Positions 9,369 through 18,851 of a stretch of DNA of 64,000 bases are shown piece by piece. Position 1 is the first letter of the stretch, and every line of letters begins with the position of its first letter. Origin of the DNA: Candidatus Omnitrophota bacterium. GTDB lineage: Bacteria; Omnitrophota; Omnitrophia; Omnitrophales; Aquincolibacteriaceae. The notes below the pieces were generated by a model that had not been told where the DNA came from, ran no database searches, and saw only the letters and a list, made by a program, of their open reading frames with translations. The stretch spans positions 140,518 to 204,517 of the forward strand of contig DAOPYQ010000002.1 of NCBI GenBank assembly GCA_035352955.1. Direction: 5' to 3'. A program made the translations under genes and the position numbers.

Positions 9369-11212
9369 GAAGAATGCCGCTCCCGTTTCTTTTTTTTTGC
9401 CAATCGCAAATTCCTCTGGGCTGCCCCATAGCAAGGGTTGATCCGGACAGCCGTCTGGAACGCATTCCCGGCTTTTTCGTATTGCCCCATCATGCCGTAG
9501 GTCACTCCAAGATTGTTCCACGCTTCACCAAACAGGGGGGCTCTTTTGATAGCTTTTGTACCATAACGAATGGCATTTTCCATATCTCCGACCATTGCGT
9601 AGGCGTATCCCAGATTGCTGTACGCTTGAGCCCTTGTCGGATCCAACTCGATCGCTTGATGGCAATACCGGATTTCCCGGACATAATCCCCCATTTGTCC
9701 GTAAACCGCTCCCAAATTCGTATAAAGCTGTGCCAACGGTTCCTTGTACCCAGGCTGATATTTTAACGCCGTTTCATAAGCCGTGATTGCCTGCCTGTAG
9801 GCCCCCCTCTTTCGATAAGCGACCCCAAGGTTCACGTAAGGCCTGGCCTTATGCGGCGATTTTTTAATACAGTCCTTCCAAAACCGGATCTCATGGCCCC
9901 AGACATCGTTCCGCAAGAACGTCAGCCATGAAAAAACAAGAATCCATCCCGTCATGATCAAAAAAAAGATCCTTCGGTTCCGCAAAATATCATAAAGACC
10001 CGCACAAAGAGCCATGAGAAAACCGATCGAAGGAAGATAAAGCCGGTGTTCCATCATCGGGTCCTTCAACGGGATAAAACTCGACGTCACGGAAAGTGTC
10101 AGAAAAAACCACAGAACCCCGAAAGCGACCAGCGGGAAACGACGCGCCGCCCATACCGCGCTGCAAAGAACCGAGAAAAGGACAATAGCATTAACAAGGA
10201 CCGGGCCGTCGAACCATCCGGAAACCCATCGGATATCCGGATCGAAATTCTGCCTTAAAGGCACGAGCAACAGCCCGATATAGCGCGGGATCACTTCAAG
10301 CTGCGTCAGAAAATATTTCCCGCTCGTAATACCCATGCGCGCATGGGATTCGAATAGAGCATTAAATTTCACCGGCAAAAACCACAGAACTACCAAAAAC
10401 AAAAAACAAACGCCCGCCATCGAGATCCAGAACGTTTTTCTGGACGCCCTTGGTTCGCTCAAAGCGTTCGCTGAAACCGGCTCTTTCAGAAAAACCCATT
10501 CCACCAGAAAAATCGCCCCCGGCAACGTGAAGACCGTTTCTTTGGTAAACGCCCCCAACAGCGCCGACACCGTCGCAAGAATAAAACAAAACGCTTTTGA
10601 AAAACCGCGCGACGCATCCAATCGTCCTTTCAAATACAGGCAAAGCGACAGCATATAAAAAAAGCCGGCAAGGCATTCGAACCGCTGACTGATATAAGTC
10701 ACCGCCTGCGTCTGGATCGGATGGACCGCGAACAGCGCGCCCGTCAAAAAGGCAAACTTTCTCCCGTGCTCCGCGATCCCGCTTCCCCGCATGCGGGGCG
10801 TTTTAAAAATCAGCAAGAGCAACACTATCACCAATAGAGAGACCGCCGTATGGATCGCGACATTGACCAGGTGATAGCCGATCACCCTATACCGGCCCAC
10901 ACGATAGTTCATCGCGAACGAAGTAAATCCCACGATCCTCGCGCGATAGCTTTGAATCTTCCAGAGCTCCGGAGAGCCGATCTGGCGGATCGCGGGATTC
11001 TTGAGGATGTACTCTTCGTCATCGAATAAAAACGGCGCCCGCAGAGTATTGGAGTAAAGTAGGAACCCCCAAACACAAAGACTGATCAACGAGATCAGGA
11101 CCATCCCATTCTTTTTTTTCAGCTCCAAAAGGCCCTTCGCTTTCCCGAAAAGGACACTCCCCGCTTCTAAGGTCCCCTTCGGCTCTAAATGATTCCGGAA
11201 TTCCTTTTCCAA
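9365..11212 (-). CDS. TMTC-like GT-C membrane protein: N-terminal DUF1736/PMT-like multi-TM domain plus C-terminal TPR repeats (putative O-mannosyl/glycosyl-transferase)
   Basis: FLFDDEEYILKNP and GYHLVNVAIH motifs characteristic of DUF1736/TMTC. Around 10 TM helices. C-terminal ~200 aa consist of TPR repeats (…NLGVAYRKRGAYRQAITAYETALKYQP…). Confidence 0.65.
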   Translation of the reverse strand: MEKEFRNHLEPKGTLEAGSVLFGKAKGLLELKKKNGMVLISLISLCVWGFLLYSNTLRAPFLFDDEEYILKNPAIRQIGSPELWKIQSYRARIVGFTSFAMNYRVGRYRVIGYHLVNVAIHTAVSLLVIVLLLLIFKTPRMRGSGIAEHGRKFAFLTGALFAVHPIQTQAVTYISQRFECLAGFFYMLSLCLYLKGRLDASRGFSKAFCFILATVSALLGAFTKETVFTLPGAIFLVEWVFLKEPVSANALSEPRASRKTFWISMAGVCFLFLVVLWFLPVKFNALFESHARMGITSGKYFLTQLEVIPRYIGLLLVPLRQNFDPDIRWVSGWFDGPVLVNAIVLFSVLCSAVWAARRFPLVAFGVLWFFLTLSVTSSFIPLKDPMMEHRLYLPSIGFLMALCAGLYDILRNRRIFFLIMTGWILVFSWLTFLRNDVWGHEIRFWKDCIKKSPHKARPYVNLGVAYRKRGAYRQAITAYETALKYQPGYKEPLAQLYTNLGAVYGQMGDYVREIRYCHQAIELDPTRAQAYSNLGYAYAMVGDMENAIRYGTKAIKRAPLFGEAWNNLGVTYGMMGQYEKAGNAFQTAVRINPCYGAAQRNLRLAKKKKRERHSS

Positions 11213-11362
11213 TTGGTCACTTCACCCAAAGAGGATATCGCTTAAAAAATTTATTCGGCGCCGTACCGCTCCGCCACGCTTCAGATCTCTGCGCCGACGA
11301 TCGTTTTTTTCTGAAAAAATGCCCGTCAGCAAGCAAGTCTTCTTCACCGATAATTTCTTTTT

Positions 11363-12103
11363 CTATTCATATCGCGTCGGATCTTGTTTCAGTCGCGCCA
11401 AAACTTTTGGGACATCTTGAGGTTCATCCACCGAAATCGAGTCGGTGGAAAGCTCGATCATCCTGACCCTGACTCCCATCTCAAGAAATCTCAAGATCTC
11501 TATATCCTCGATCCGTTCCAGGGGAGTTTTAGCGGAAGCTCCCCCGAACCGCAAAAGCACCTCTTTGGGGAAAGCATAAACGCACACCTGTCTCCAGGCA
11601 TTGAGAAGCCCTACCTTTCCACTCGCGGGGATCGGTGCTCGCGACATATAAAGGAGCTGACCATCTTTTCCGAAAGCAACTTTGGGGATGTTCCGGCTGA
11701 GGAATAAGCCTTCCTCTTTTATCGGGCAATATCCGTTCAAAATTTCCCCGGGAAATTTGGGGAGAATTTCCAGGATCTTAGAGATATCCTTCGGATTGAA
11801 CACCGGTTCATCCCCCTGGACATTGATATAGTAGTCAGCCTCAACCGCCCTACTGGCTTCAGCAACACGATCTGTTCCCGTCAAACAACTCGCGGACGTC
11901 ATAATAACATTCATCCCATGCTCCCGGCAGTGAGACGCGATCCGCTCATCGTCCGTCGCAACAAAAATATCCCGCCGATCGAAAGCCTTGGCGCATTGCC
12001 CAAATGTTCGCTGGATCATTGTTTTCCCCATCAGATCGATCAGCGGTTTTCCGGGCAACCGGGAGGATTGGAATCTAACCGGGATCACCAAAACAATTTT
12101 CAT
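11363..12103 (-). CDS. kdsB: 3-deoxy-manno-octulosonate cytidylyltransferase (CMP-Kdo synthetase, KdsB/KpsU family)
   Basis: IPVRFQSSRLPGKPL and INVQGDEP motifs match the CMP-Kdo synthetase family; 246 aa. Confidence 0.6.
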   Translation of the reverse strand: MKIVLVIPVRFQSSRLPGKPLIDLMGKTMIQRTFGQCAKAFDRRDIFVATDDERIASHCREHGMNVIMTSASCLTGTDRVAEASRAVEADYYINVQGDEPVFNPKDISKILEILPKFPGEILNGYCPIKEEGLFLSRNIPKVAFGKDGQLLYMSRAPIPASGKVGLLNAWRQVCVYAFPKEVLLRFGGASAKTPLERIEDIEILRFLEMGVRVRMIELSTDSISVDEPQDVPKVLARLKQDPTRYE

Positions 12104-12653
12104 CGGTCGGCCATGTCTCTTTTCGTTTGAAGTGGCTTTGCATCTTCCCGAACCGGCTTTGTCTTATCTAAAATGCCGGCACTTTTAAAAGTTCGCACTT
12201 TTTTCCGAATCTCTCATGAAACCACAGCGCAAGAATCTGGCGCCCCGCCTTGCCATGGCAACAATCTTCCTTCGCAAACAATCCCCGGGAATCACAAACC
12301 ATCGGACCGCTCAGATTGGAAGACTCCGCTTTCCGTAAACGCATCTCAATCCACAAGCATCGCCCTTGGCCCAGCATCTTCGAACTGATGTTTTCCGAAA
12401 ACTCTTGCGACGCAAATGCCATTGACAACGAAAATGGCCCTCGCAAAACTCTTAGCCAAGTCAACTACGCCCTCTTTGTTGATAGACTCTAGGGTGAACC
12501 CGTTCATTAACTTAAATCCAGAGAGTAAAACAAGGGTTCTCGGCTAAGATGTTACACAGGAAATCGCACCTAAGCTGGAAATCCTCTCCTGAACCTTTCG
12601 GAGAATATTTCCCAAAAGATTTGCGAGGGAAGAACCCGTGCCGCAGCAACTCT

Positions 12654-14474
12654 TCATAATTTTTGAGCCTGCCATTGCTTATAAAACAACCCTTTCCGAT
12701 CGATCAGCTCTGTCAAGGTCCCTGACTCCGCAACCCGTCCTTTATCCAGATAAATGATCTTATTGGCTTTCCGAATGGTCGAAAGCCTGTGGGCGATTAC
12801 GATCAGTGTTTTTTCACGGCTTGTTTCCAAGATAAATTCATTAATACGGGCCTCGGTCCCGGAGTCCAGAGCGCTGGTCGCCTCATCCATGATCAAGATC
12901 TCCGGATCTTTAATCAGCGCCCGCGCGATCGACAACCTCTGGCGCTCCCCGCCGGAAAGGCGGGTCCCCCGTTCTCCGACAAGCGTCTCATATTTTTGAG
13001 GCATTTTTCCCACAAAATCCTGGATCTGGACCTTTCCCCCAAGCTCATGAAGCCGTTCTTCCGAGATTTCTCCGGAAACCCCGTAAACGATGTTGTTCCG
13101 GATCGTATCATTGAAAAGAAGGACCTCCTGGCTTATGAGCGCCATGCGCCCTCGGAGTGACGCTATCTCGTAGTCGCGGATATCCCGCCCGTCCACAAAA
13201 ATGGCCTCCGGCGGGCAATCGTAGAACCTCAACAGCAGGTTCACAAGCGTGCTCTTCCCGGAACCCGAGGGCCCCACGATCGCAACGACCGACTGCCGGG
13301 GGATCGAAAAATTGACCTTGTCCAGGACGTACGCCTCCTTTTCTCCGTACCGGAAAGAAAGCTCCCTGAACTCGATCGCCTTCTTGAGTCCCGTGAATTC
13401 CACGGAACCACTTTCGACACCGGCATGGCCCTTGTGATAAAGGACCTGCTCAATATCATGAATGGCCGAAGCGGCGTTCGCGGACCCAAGCTTGAATGTG
13501 TTGATCGCATTGAATCCCGGAATCACCCGCATCGCAAGATAGAAAAAGACGAATGCCTGCGACGGGTCCGGAGCATGATCAAACTTCATCACGATCGCCA
13601 ACCCGAAGGCGAGACACAGAATCCCGGTCACGGAACCAAGATCCGACACAGGCCCCGCCAAGCTGGTCAACCGCTGCGTCTTAAAGGAATGATCGACCTC
13701 CTCTTCGCTGGCTTTGGAGAACCGGGCGATCTCTTCCCGCTCTTTCACAAAACTCCGGATCACCGGCATGCAGTAGAGCATATTGAAGATCCGTTCGTGA
13801 AGGTTCTTGGCATAGCGATCGTGCTCTCGCGAGGCCTCACGAATCCTCCGAATGATGTTCTGGGTCAAAAATTCGGTCAGCGGGAAGGCCACAGCCGCCA
13901 CACAGGTCAATTTCCACGATAGATGGGCCATCATGCTGATATACGCCACAAGGAGAAGGGCCTGGACGATAAAATGCTGAAATAACTGGAACTGAGATTC
14001 GATCAGACTGGTGGCCTTGGTCAGGACGGTCTGCAGGAAAGCGGTTGTGTTCTTATCGTAAAAACTTTTGCTGTAGCTTAGGCATTTTTCAACCAACAAC
14101 CGGCGGATATTCGCCGTAGCATACCGGGCCTGGGTTTGGCTGCAAAACGACGCGAAATACAAAAAAACATTCTTCGCGATCGTAACGAGATAGAACCAGA
14201 CCACCAGCAACGCGAATAACCGCGTCGAGGTACGGAAAAGACCTGGAAACCGCATCACAAAAAAACGAAGGACCGGAAGGTGCCCTACGTGCTTAAAATC
14301 CCCGCGCAGGATCCCTCCCGTCAGCGGCAATAGCAACTGGGCGGCATAAAGCGCTAGCAAACTGAAACAGAAAGAAAAAATGACGGACAGGGCCAAAAAC
14401 CACATGTTGACCCGCCCCATTTTCAGGAACGCGATAAGCTTTTTTGTGTTCTGAAAGACTTCACTCTGCGACAT
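12654..14474 (-). CDS. ABC exporter with fused permease and ATPase (MsbA/PglK-like lipid or lipid-linked glycan flippase)
   Basis: Six N-terminal TM helices. Walker A GPSGSGKST, signature LSGGERQRLSIARAL, Walker B ILIMDEATSALD. Start taken at MSQSEV (14474); the ORF could extend to 14519. Confidence 0.75.
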   Translation of the reverse strand: MSQSEVFQNTKKLIAFLKMGRVNMWFLALSVIFSFCFSLLALYAAQLLLPLTGGILRGDFKHVGHLPVLRFFVMRFPGLFRTSTRLFALLVVWFYLVTIAKNVFLYFASFCSQTQARYATANIRRLLVEKCLSYSKSFYDKNTTAFLQTVLTKATSLIESQFQLFQHFIVQALLLVAYISMMAHLSWKLTCVAAVAFPLTEFLTQNIIRRIREASREHDRYAKNLHERIFNMLYCMPVIRSFVKEREEIARFSKASEEEVDHSFKTQRLTSLAGPVSDLGSVTGILCLAFGLAIVMKFDHAPDPSQAFVFFYLAMRVIPGFNAINTFKLGSANAASAIHDIEQVLYHKGHAGVESGSVEFTGLKKAIEFRELSFRYGEKEAYVLDKVNFSIPRQSVVAIVGPSGSGKSTLVNLLLRFYDCPPEAIFVDGRDIRDYEIASLRGRMALISQEVLLFNDTIRNNIVYGVSGEISEERLHELGGKVQIQDFVGKMPQKYETLVGERGTRLSGGERQRLSIARALIKDPEILIMDEATSALDSGTEARINEFILETSREKTLIVIAHRLSTIRKANKIIYLDKGRVAESGTLTELIDRKGLFYKQWQAQKL

Positions 14475-14527
14475 TCTTCTTGTCCTTGTTTTAGCAGAAA
14501 AGGGCCCGCCCCGTTCCACTCAGTAAC

Positions 14528-15355
14528 CTACCCCTGCATTCCCAAAAAGTCCCTCACGCGGTACTTCTCGGCATGGATTTTATCACGGACCCTTTGCCAA
14601 AACGAGCGGTCCGGTCCTTCCTGGAACGGCTCAAAACAAACCGGACGGGCAACAAACCCGCTCTTTTCCACCACCCGAGATAAAAGTCTCTCGATCGCGT
14701 GAGCCAAAGTTCCGTTACGCCGAATCGATACCTCACACGGAAAATCTTCCATACCCAAACCCAATTCATATAAAGGAGCCAAGGCCCTCGGGCGGAACCA
14801 GAACATGGATCCTGCCGGGAAAACGACGGCTTTCGTCGCCGGAAGTTCGAGCCCCAAGCGCCCCGCAAGCACCGAACAGATCTTCCAGTTGTTGCTCCAG
14901 GATTCCTTCTCAAGGCCCCCCCCGAGGATCGGGATCACTTCAGGATAGACCATCCCCAACCGTTCGTTTTCCTCGAACATCCGCAAAATCGCCGCGACTG
15001 TTCCGGCAGACCCGGCGAGATTTTCAAGAAGATAACGTCCCCATTCTTTGAGCCACAAGCGGTGAGGACTCTTTTTGGTGTGGACCTTGAGAACAAGATC
15101 ATAACCGGAATAAATTTCCCCGAATTCGCAGAGGAACGGCGCGATATCAAAACCGCGATTCAGGACGCCCTTCAAGAAGATCTTTTTCCCGGGGAACGCC
15201 TCCGACAAAACGCTTCGGACCTTCTTCACAGAAGCCGCGGGAGCTGACGCGTACAGATCGAATTCCCGGGGAATATTCTTCAAATAGCCGGCGATCATTC
15301 CAGCCTGCTCCTCGTAGAAAAAATGTCCTACGACGGCGATCCTGAAAGGGGTCAT
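14528..15355 (-). CDS. RgpF-like (rhamnan synthesis protein F family) glycosyltransferase domain protein
   Basis: MTPFRIAVVGHFFYEE… resembles the N-terminal domain of the 1203-aa protein (RIAIVVHCYYPE…). Start ATG 15355 forms an ATGA overlap with the upstream gene's stop. Confidence 0.5.
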   Translation of the reverse strand: MTPFRIAVVGHFFYEEQAGMIAGYLKNIPREFDLYASAPAASVKKVRSVLSEAFPGKKIFLKGVLNRGFDIAPFLCEFGEIYSGYDLVLKVHTKKSPHRLWLKEWGRYLLENLAGSAGTVAAILRMFEENERLGMVYPEVIPILGGGLEKESWSNNWKICSVLAGRLGLELPATKAVVFPAGSMFWFRPRALAPLYELGLGMEDFPCEVSIRRNGTLAHAIERLLSRVVEKSGFVARPVCFEPFQEGPDRSFWQRVRDKIHAEKYRVRDFLGMQG

Positions 15356-16605
15356 TGAAGATCCTTCGCGATATTCCGGCCCATCGCACGAACGAGGATG
15401 GCTACTCCCTCGTTCCCCACATGACAACAGTCGTCAACATAAAGGGGTTCCGGATGATCCGAAAAAACCCTGGTCAGATCATAGAATTTAACGCCGGCAT
15501 CAGAAAGAGCCTTCCCCATCTCTGAAAGATAGGGGTAACCTTCTTCCGCGGACTTTTTATATACATGGCGTTCGTTTATTGCAATACGGCGCTCTTGATC
15601 TCTTATAGGTTTTGTCCCTAGAACGTATTGATTGGGCTGGAGAAAGTGGTAATACCGGATCCCGTTTGCATTACAGATCCTGTGCATTTGAAGCGAACAC
15701 CGCTCCCAGAACGCTGCGAGGTCCTGATACATCGTGCGATCATCCGCATAAGACCGCTGCGGTCCCATCATAGCGTAAGAATCCCGGACCGGTCGTTCCC
15801 CGGCGCTCAGCTTCTGCATATCCTGAAAGATCTTGGCGGATAGCGACCCATCGATAAGCCGAAAGACCAACTGCATGGTAAAGCTGTAACGGAAAAGATT
15901 CATTGAAAAAACGTCCGCCACGGTTTTGCGGGTCTTCTTCAAACGAATGAGATCGGCCCTTCTCAGGATCTCCTCGGGACCGCCAACCTCCCGGAAAAGC
16001 CGCCATCTCCATCTGCGCGGAAAAAACAAACATGTTTTGTCGGGAAGATTTTCGGTTACGGGAAGAACGATATCGTTGAAGCCGTCTAGATTAATGATCA
16101 TGTCGAAGGCCCCGTCCAACGCCAACATGTAATTCAAGATCATCAATTGCTGCGGCTGTTTATATCCCCCGAAAGCGAAATTCAGAAGAACGATCTTTTT
16201 ATCCTTCAAGGCAGGGATTTTTTTCAACTCATCCCTCAAGGCCTCCATGCCCAAAAAACTAACGCTCATCGCAACCGATCCGCCGAAAACGGCAACAATA
16301 TATTGTTCGTCCGACTCGCGCTGAAAAGGGATTCCTTCGCTCTGGTGACAACGGCCCACAAAACCGTATTCGGAAGTACATGGCGCGTGTTTCGAATCCC
16401 GGGGCCCGAGAACATACCCAATATAGGGATGAGCCACCTCGTTTTGCAGAGACAATGGAAAATTCGGTCGGCCTTTTGGAAAAGGACCGTCATGAACATC
16501 CACCCGGTCGAGGAACAATTTCCCGAACGCAAAAGAAAAAAGCTCCAGGACCAACGCGCTTAAAATGATCGTGGCACAGAAAAAAACGACTTTCTTGAAT
16601 TTCAT
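15352..16605 (-). CDS. Membrane-anchored SGNH/GDSL-like hydrolase/acyltransferase (putative polysaccharide O-acyl modification)
   Basis: N-terminal TM helix. SGNH blocks FGGS (I), DGFND (III) and C-terminal DDCCH (DxxH, V). Confidence 0.5.
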   Translation of the reverse strand: MKFKKVVFFCATIILSALVLELFSFAFGKLFLDRVDVHDGPFPKGRPNFPLSLQNEVAHPYIGYVLGPRDSKHAPCTSEYGFVGRCHQSEGIPFQRESDEQYIVAVFGGSVAMSVSFLGMEALRDELKKIPALKDKKIVLLNFAFGGYKQPQQLMILNYMLALDGAFDMIINLDGFNDIVLPVTENLPDKTCLFFPRRWRWRLFREVGGPEEILRRADLIRLKKTRKTVADVFSMNLFRYSFTMQLVFRLIDGSLSAKIFQDMQKLSAGERPVRDSYAMMGPQRSYADDRTMYQDLAAFWERCSLQMHRICNANGIRYYHFLQPNQYVLGTKPIRDQERRIAINERHVYKKSAEEGYPYLSEMGKALSDAGVKFYDLTRVFSDHPEPLYVDDCCHVGNEGVAILVRAMGRNIAKDLQ

Positions 16606-16658
16606 GTTCGCTGTCTTTCTTTTAAACGATCTGGATTCCCGCGTCGCCGGGAAATAAT

Positions 16659-17729
16659 CTACGCATGAGAAGGTTCCGGCGGCTTAGCTCTTCCCTTGAT
16701 CCATCTCAAAAATTCCGGTTGGATACACTCCGCGGCAAAACGGTTGCCGGCGATGTTCCAGTGAGTATCGTTCGGTTTGTAGAAACCCGCACGATCGCGA
16801 AACGCGTTCAACAGATCCACATAAGGGACCCCTTGTTCCGAAAGATACCGGCGGAGCAACTTGTTGGGAGCGTCCCATTCCATTTTCTCAGAAAGAACAT
16901 CTTTAGGGAACTTCCTTGAGAGTTGCCGCTGCAGGTCCTGGTCGACCTGCATCTGATCGGGGATCAGGACGAAAGCGATCAAGATCCCTTTCTCACGGCA
17001 CAAAGCGATCATCTCATCCAACTGAGCGCGAACAAACGGCCATCTTGGTTTCAGCTTCCAACTTTCTTTTCCAAAGTTAATGCTTCGTTTTTTTTCGATC
17101 TCAAGAAACGCTTCTTCCTTAAATGTGGCGGCGCCATCCCGGTACACCGGAGCAGGCAAAAGCGGCTGGCGAACAGATTCAAAAAAAACTTTCCCGTTGG
17201 TGAAAAGACGGACCGTTAATAAAGCGTCCGCCCAACTACGCGGTTGGGGTATCGTGTCCAAAAAATCGTTCCCGACAAAAAAAGATACCACCACGGCATC
17301 GGGATGAAAGAACAAAGCCTCATGCCGGAGCACAGACAAATACTCCACCGGCCCGGCTCCGGGAACTCCCATATTCAGGATCTCGATATCAAGCCCCTGG
17401 GCAACACCCCACTCCTCCAACAGTGTCCAATAGTTATCTTTATGGGGCACAATCCCGTACACAAAGGAATCCCCAAGGGCTACGACACGAATACGATGTT
17501 TTTTTTGAAGCGTAAAATCGTGGTCCTTGAATCCAAGATTTTTGCGGCCCGGCTTCTTCCTCAGATGGTTTTTGATTAAAAGCTGTCGTTTCCCAAGATC
17601 GTGCAGAAGTGGCATGGGAATAAAATATTGAGCCGCACGAAGCCCCAGCTCGAATACCAGAAAACTAAAAAAGATCCCGAAAAGGAGCGCAATCCCCCGT
17701 TTGCCCCATTTGGCAGAAAATATGGACAC
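16659..17729 (-). CDS. Membrane-anchored SGNH/GDSL hydrolase (AlgX/AlgJ-like)
   Basis: N-terminal TM. Blocks VVALGDSFVYG (I), MGVPGAGP (II), GNDFLD (III), DTHWN (V). Confidence 0.6.
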   Translation of the reverse strand: MSIFSAKWGKRGIALLFGIFFSFLVFELGLRAAQYFIPMPLLHDLGKRQLLIKNHLRKKPGRKNLGFKDHDFTLQKKHRIRVVALGDSFVYGIVPHKDNYWTLLEEWGVAQGLDIEILNMGVPGAGPVEYLSVLRHEALFFHPDAVVVSFFVGNDFLDTIPQPRSWADALLTVRLFTNGKVFFESVRQPLLPAPVYRDGAATFKEEAFLEIEKKRSINFGKESWKLKPRWPFVRAQLDEMIALCREKGILIAFVLIPDQMQVDQDLQRQLSRKFPKDVLSEKMEWDAPNKLLRRYLSEQGVPYVDLLNAFRDRAGFYKPNDTHWNIAGNRFAAECIQPEFLRWIKGRAKPPEPSHA

Positions 17730-17762
17730 TTTATCAGTCTCCTTCCTCAGCTATGAAACGCT

Positions 17763-18851
17763 TCACTGCGGGACCGGACGGCGTCCTTCCGCCTCGCCAA
17801 ACCGCTTGTAATGCTCATAAGGATCCATGCCGCTCGCCGCGACATCCGGATTTTGTTCTAAATACCACTTGGCATTGAATGTCCGGCGAGGCCAAAAACG
17901 CCGCCAAAAGTTCTCCCCCGTATCTTTTTTTAATTCCGCGATGAGCCGCGCTCTGATACTAGGGGCAAACTCGAACAACCTCTCTAACTGCCGGTCATTT
18001 TCCTTTTGAATATTGTTAATCGTTCCGAGGGTAAATTCTCCGTTCCGTCTTAGTTCCCGGTCCGGATTGACATAGATCAGATCCCTGAAATTATCAGGAA
18101 CGACGCAAACCTTTGTCCCCTTCCGGACAGCCATTCCCCAAAACCACACATCATCGTTGCTGAAAGCGATCCTGTTGAACGATGCTTCGTCGAACACCCT
18201 TGCGTCGAGGCAATGCGGCGGGTACAAAACACCCCCGCTTCCCGTAAAAAAATTGAGAAAAGACGGCGACACATTCCGGACGCATTGCTGCCATCCGGCA
18301 TAAGGCCGCAACTCGTCCCGCGGGATCCATGCCACCCGATGGGCCCTGTGACAATGAATAGCGGCCGGCTCTTTTAAGTAAGAGGCGTAAAGCCGTTCCA
18401 GCCAATCCCGCGGATAAAAAATGTCATCATCCGCCGTCACAACAACATCCTCCGGGAATTCACGCAGTGCCGGGATAAGTTTCTTATATTGCCTGAGATC
18501 CTTGCACCACCGGATCGTCAGCCCGCACCGCACCAGTCCCAGAACCTGAGCGGGAACATTTTTTTCCTTGTTCGGAAACTGTTCTTCCGCCAGCCACAAA
18601 ATAACGGCGTCCGGCGAAACCGTCTGGTCCAGCAAGGAATAAAGGCAAAAGTGGATGTCATGCATTCTCTCGGGAAAGGAAGTGAGCGAAATGATCAATT
18701 TCGGTTTCCTTGGGACCGAAGTGAGGCTTTTTCCGGAAAATGCCGCGATCCGCGGAGCGACGACTTCCTTATCGATATACCGGATCGAATATCCCGGACG
18801 GATTTCCAAGTCCCGAATTGCGTCTCCACAAAGGTTTTTTTCTGCCGTCAT
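17763..18851 (-). CDS. Putative glycosyltransferase (DxD-type) with C-terminal WY..PDV..HY..G.AEGR module
   Basis: LIISLTSFPERM… and VVTADDDIFYP (DxD). The last 38 aa, FNAKWYLEQNPDVAASGMDPYEHYKRFGEAEGRRPVPQ, match the repeated module found in neighbouring enzymes. Confidence 0.5.
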   Translation of the reverse strand: MTAEKNLCGDAIRDLEIRPGYSIRYIDKEVVAPRIAAFSGKSLTSVPRKPKLIISLTSFPERMHDIHFCLYSLLDQTVSPDAVILWLAEEQFPNKEKNVPAQVLGLVRCGLTIRWCKDLRQYKKLIPALREFPEDVVVTADDDIFYPRDWLERLYASYLKEPAAIHCHRAHRVAWIPRDELRPYAGWQQCVRNVSPSFLNFFTGSGGVLYPPHCLDARVFDEASFNRIAFSNDDVWFWGMAVRKGTKVCVVPDNFRDLIYVNPDRELRRNGEFTLGTINNIQKENDRQLERLFEFAPSIRARLIAELKKDTGENFWRRFWPRRTFNAKWYLEQNPDVAASGMDPYEHYKRFGEAEGRRPVPQ

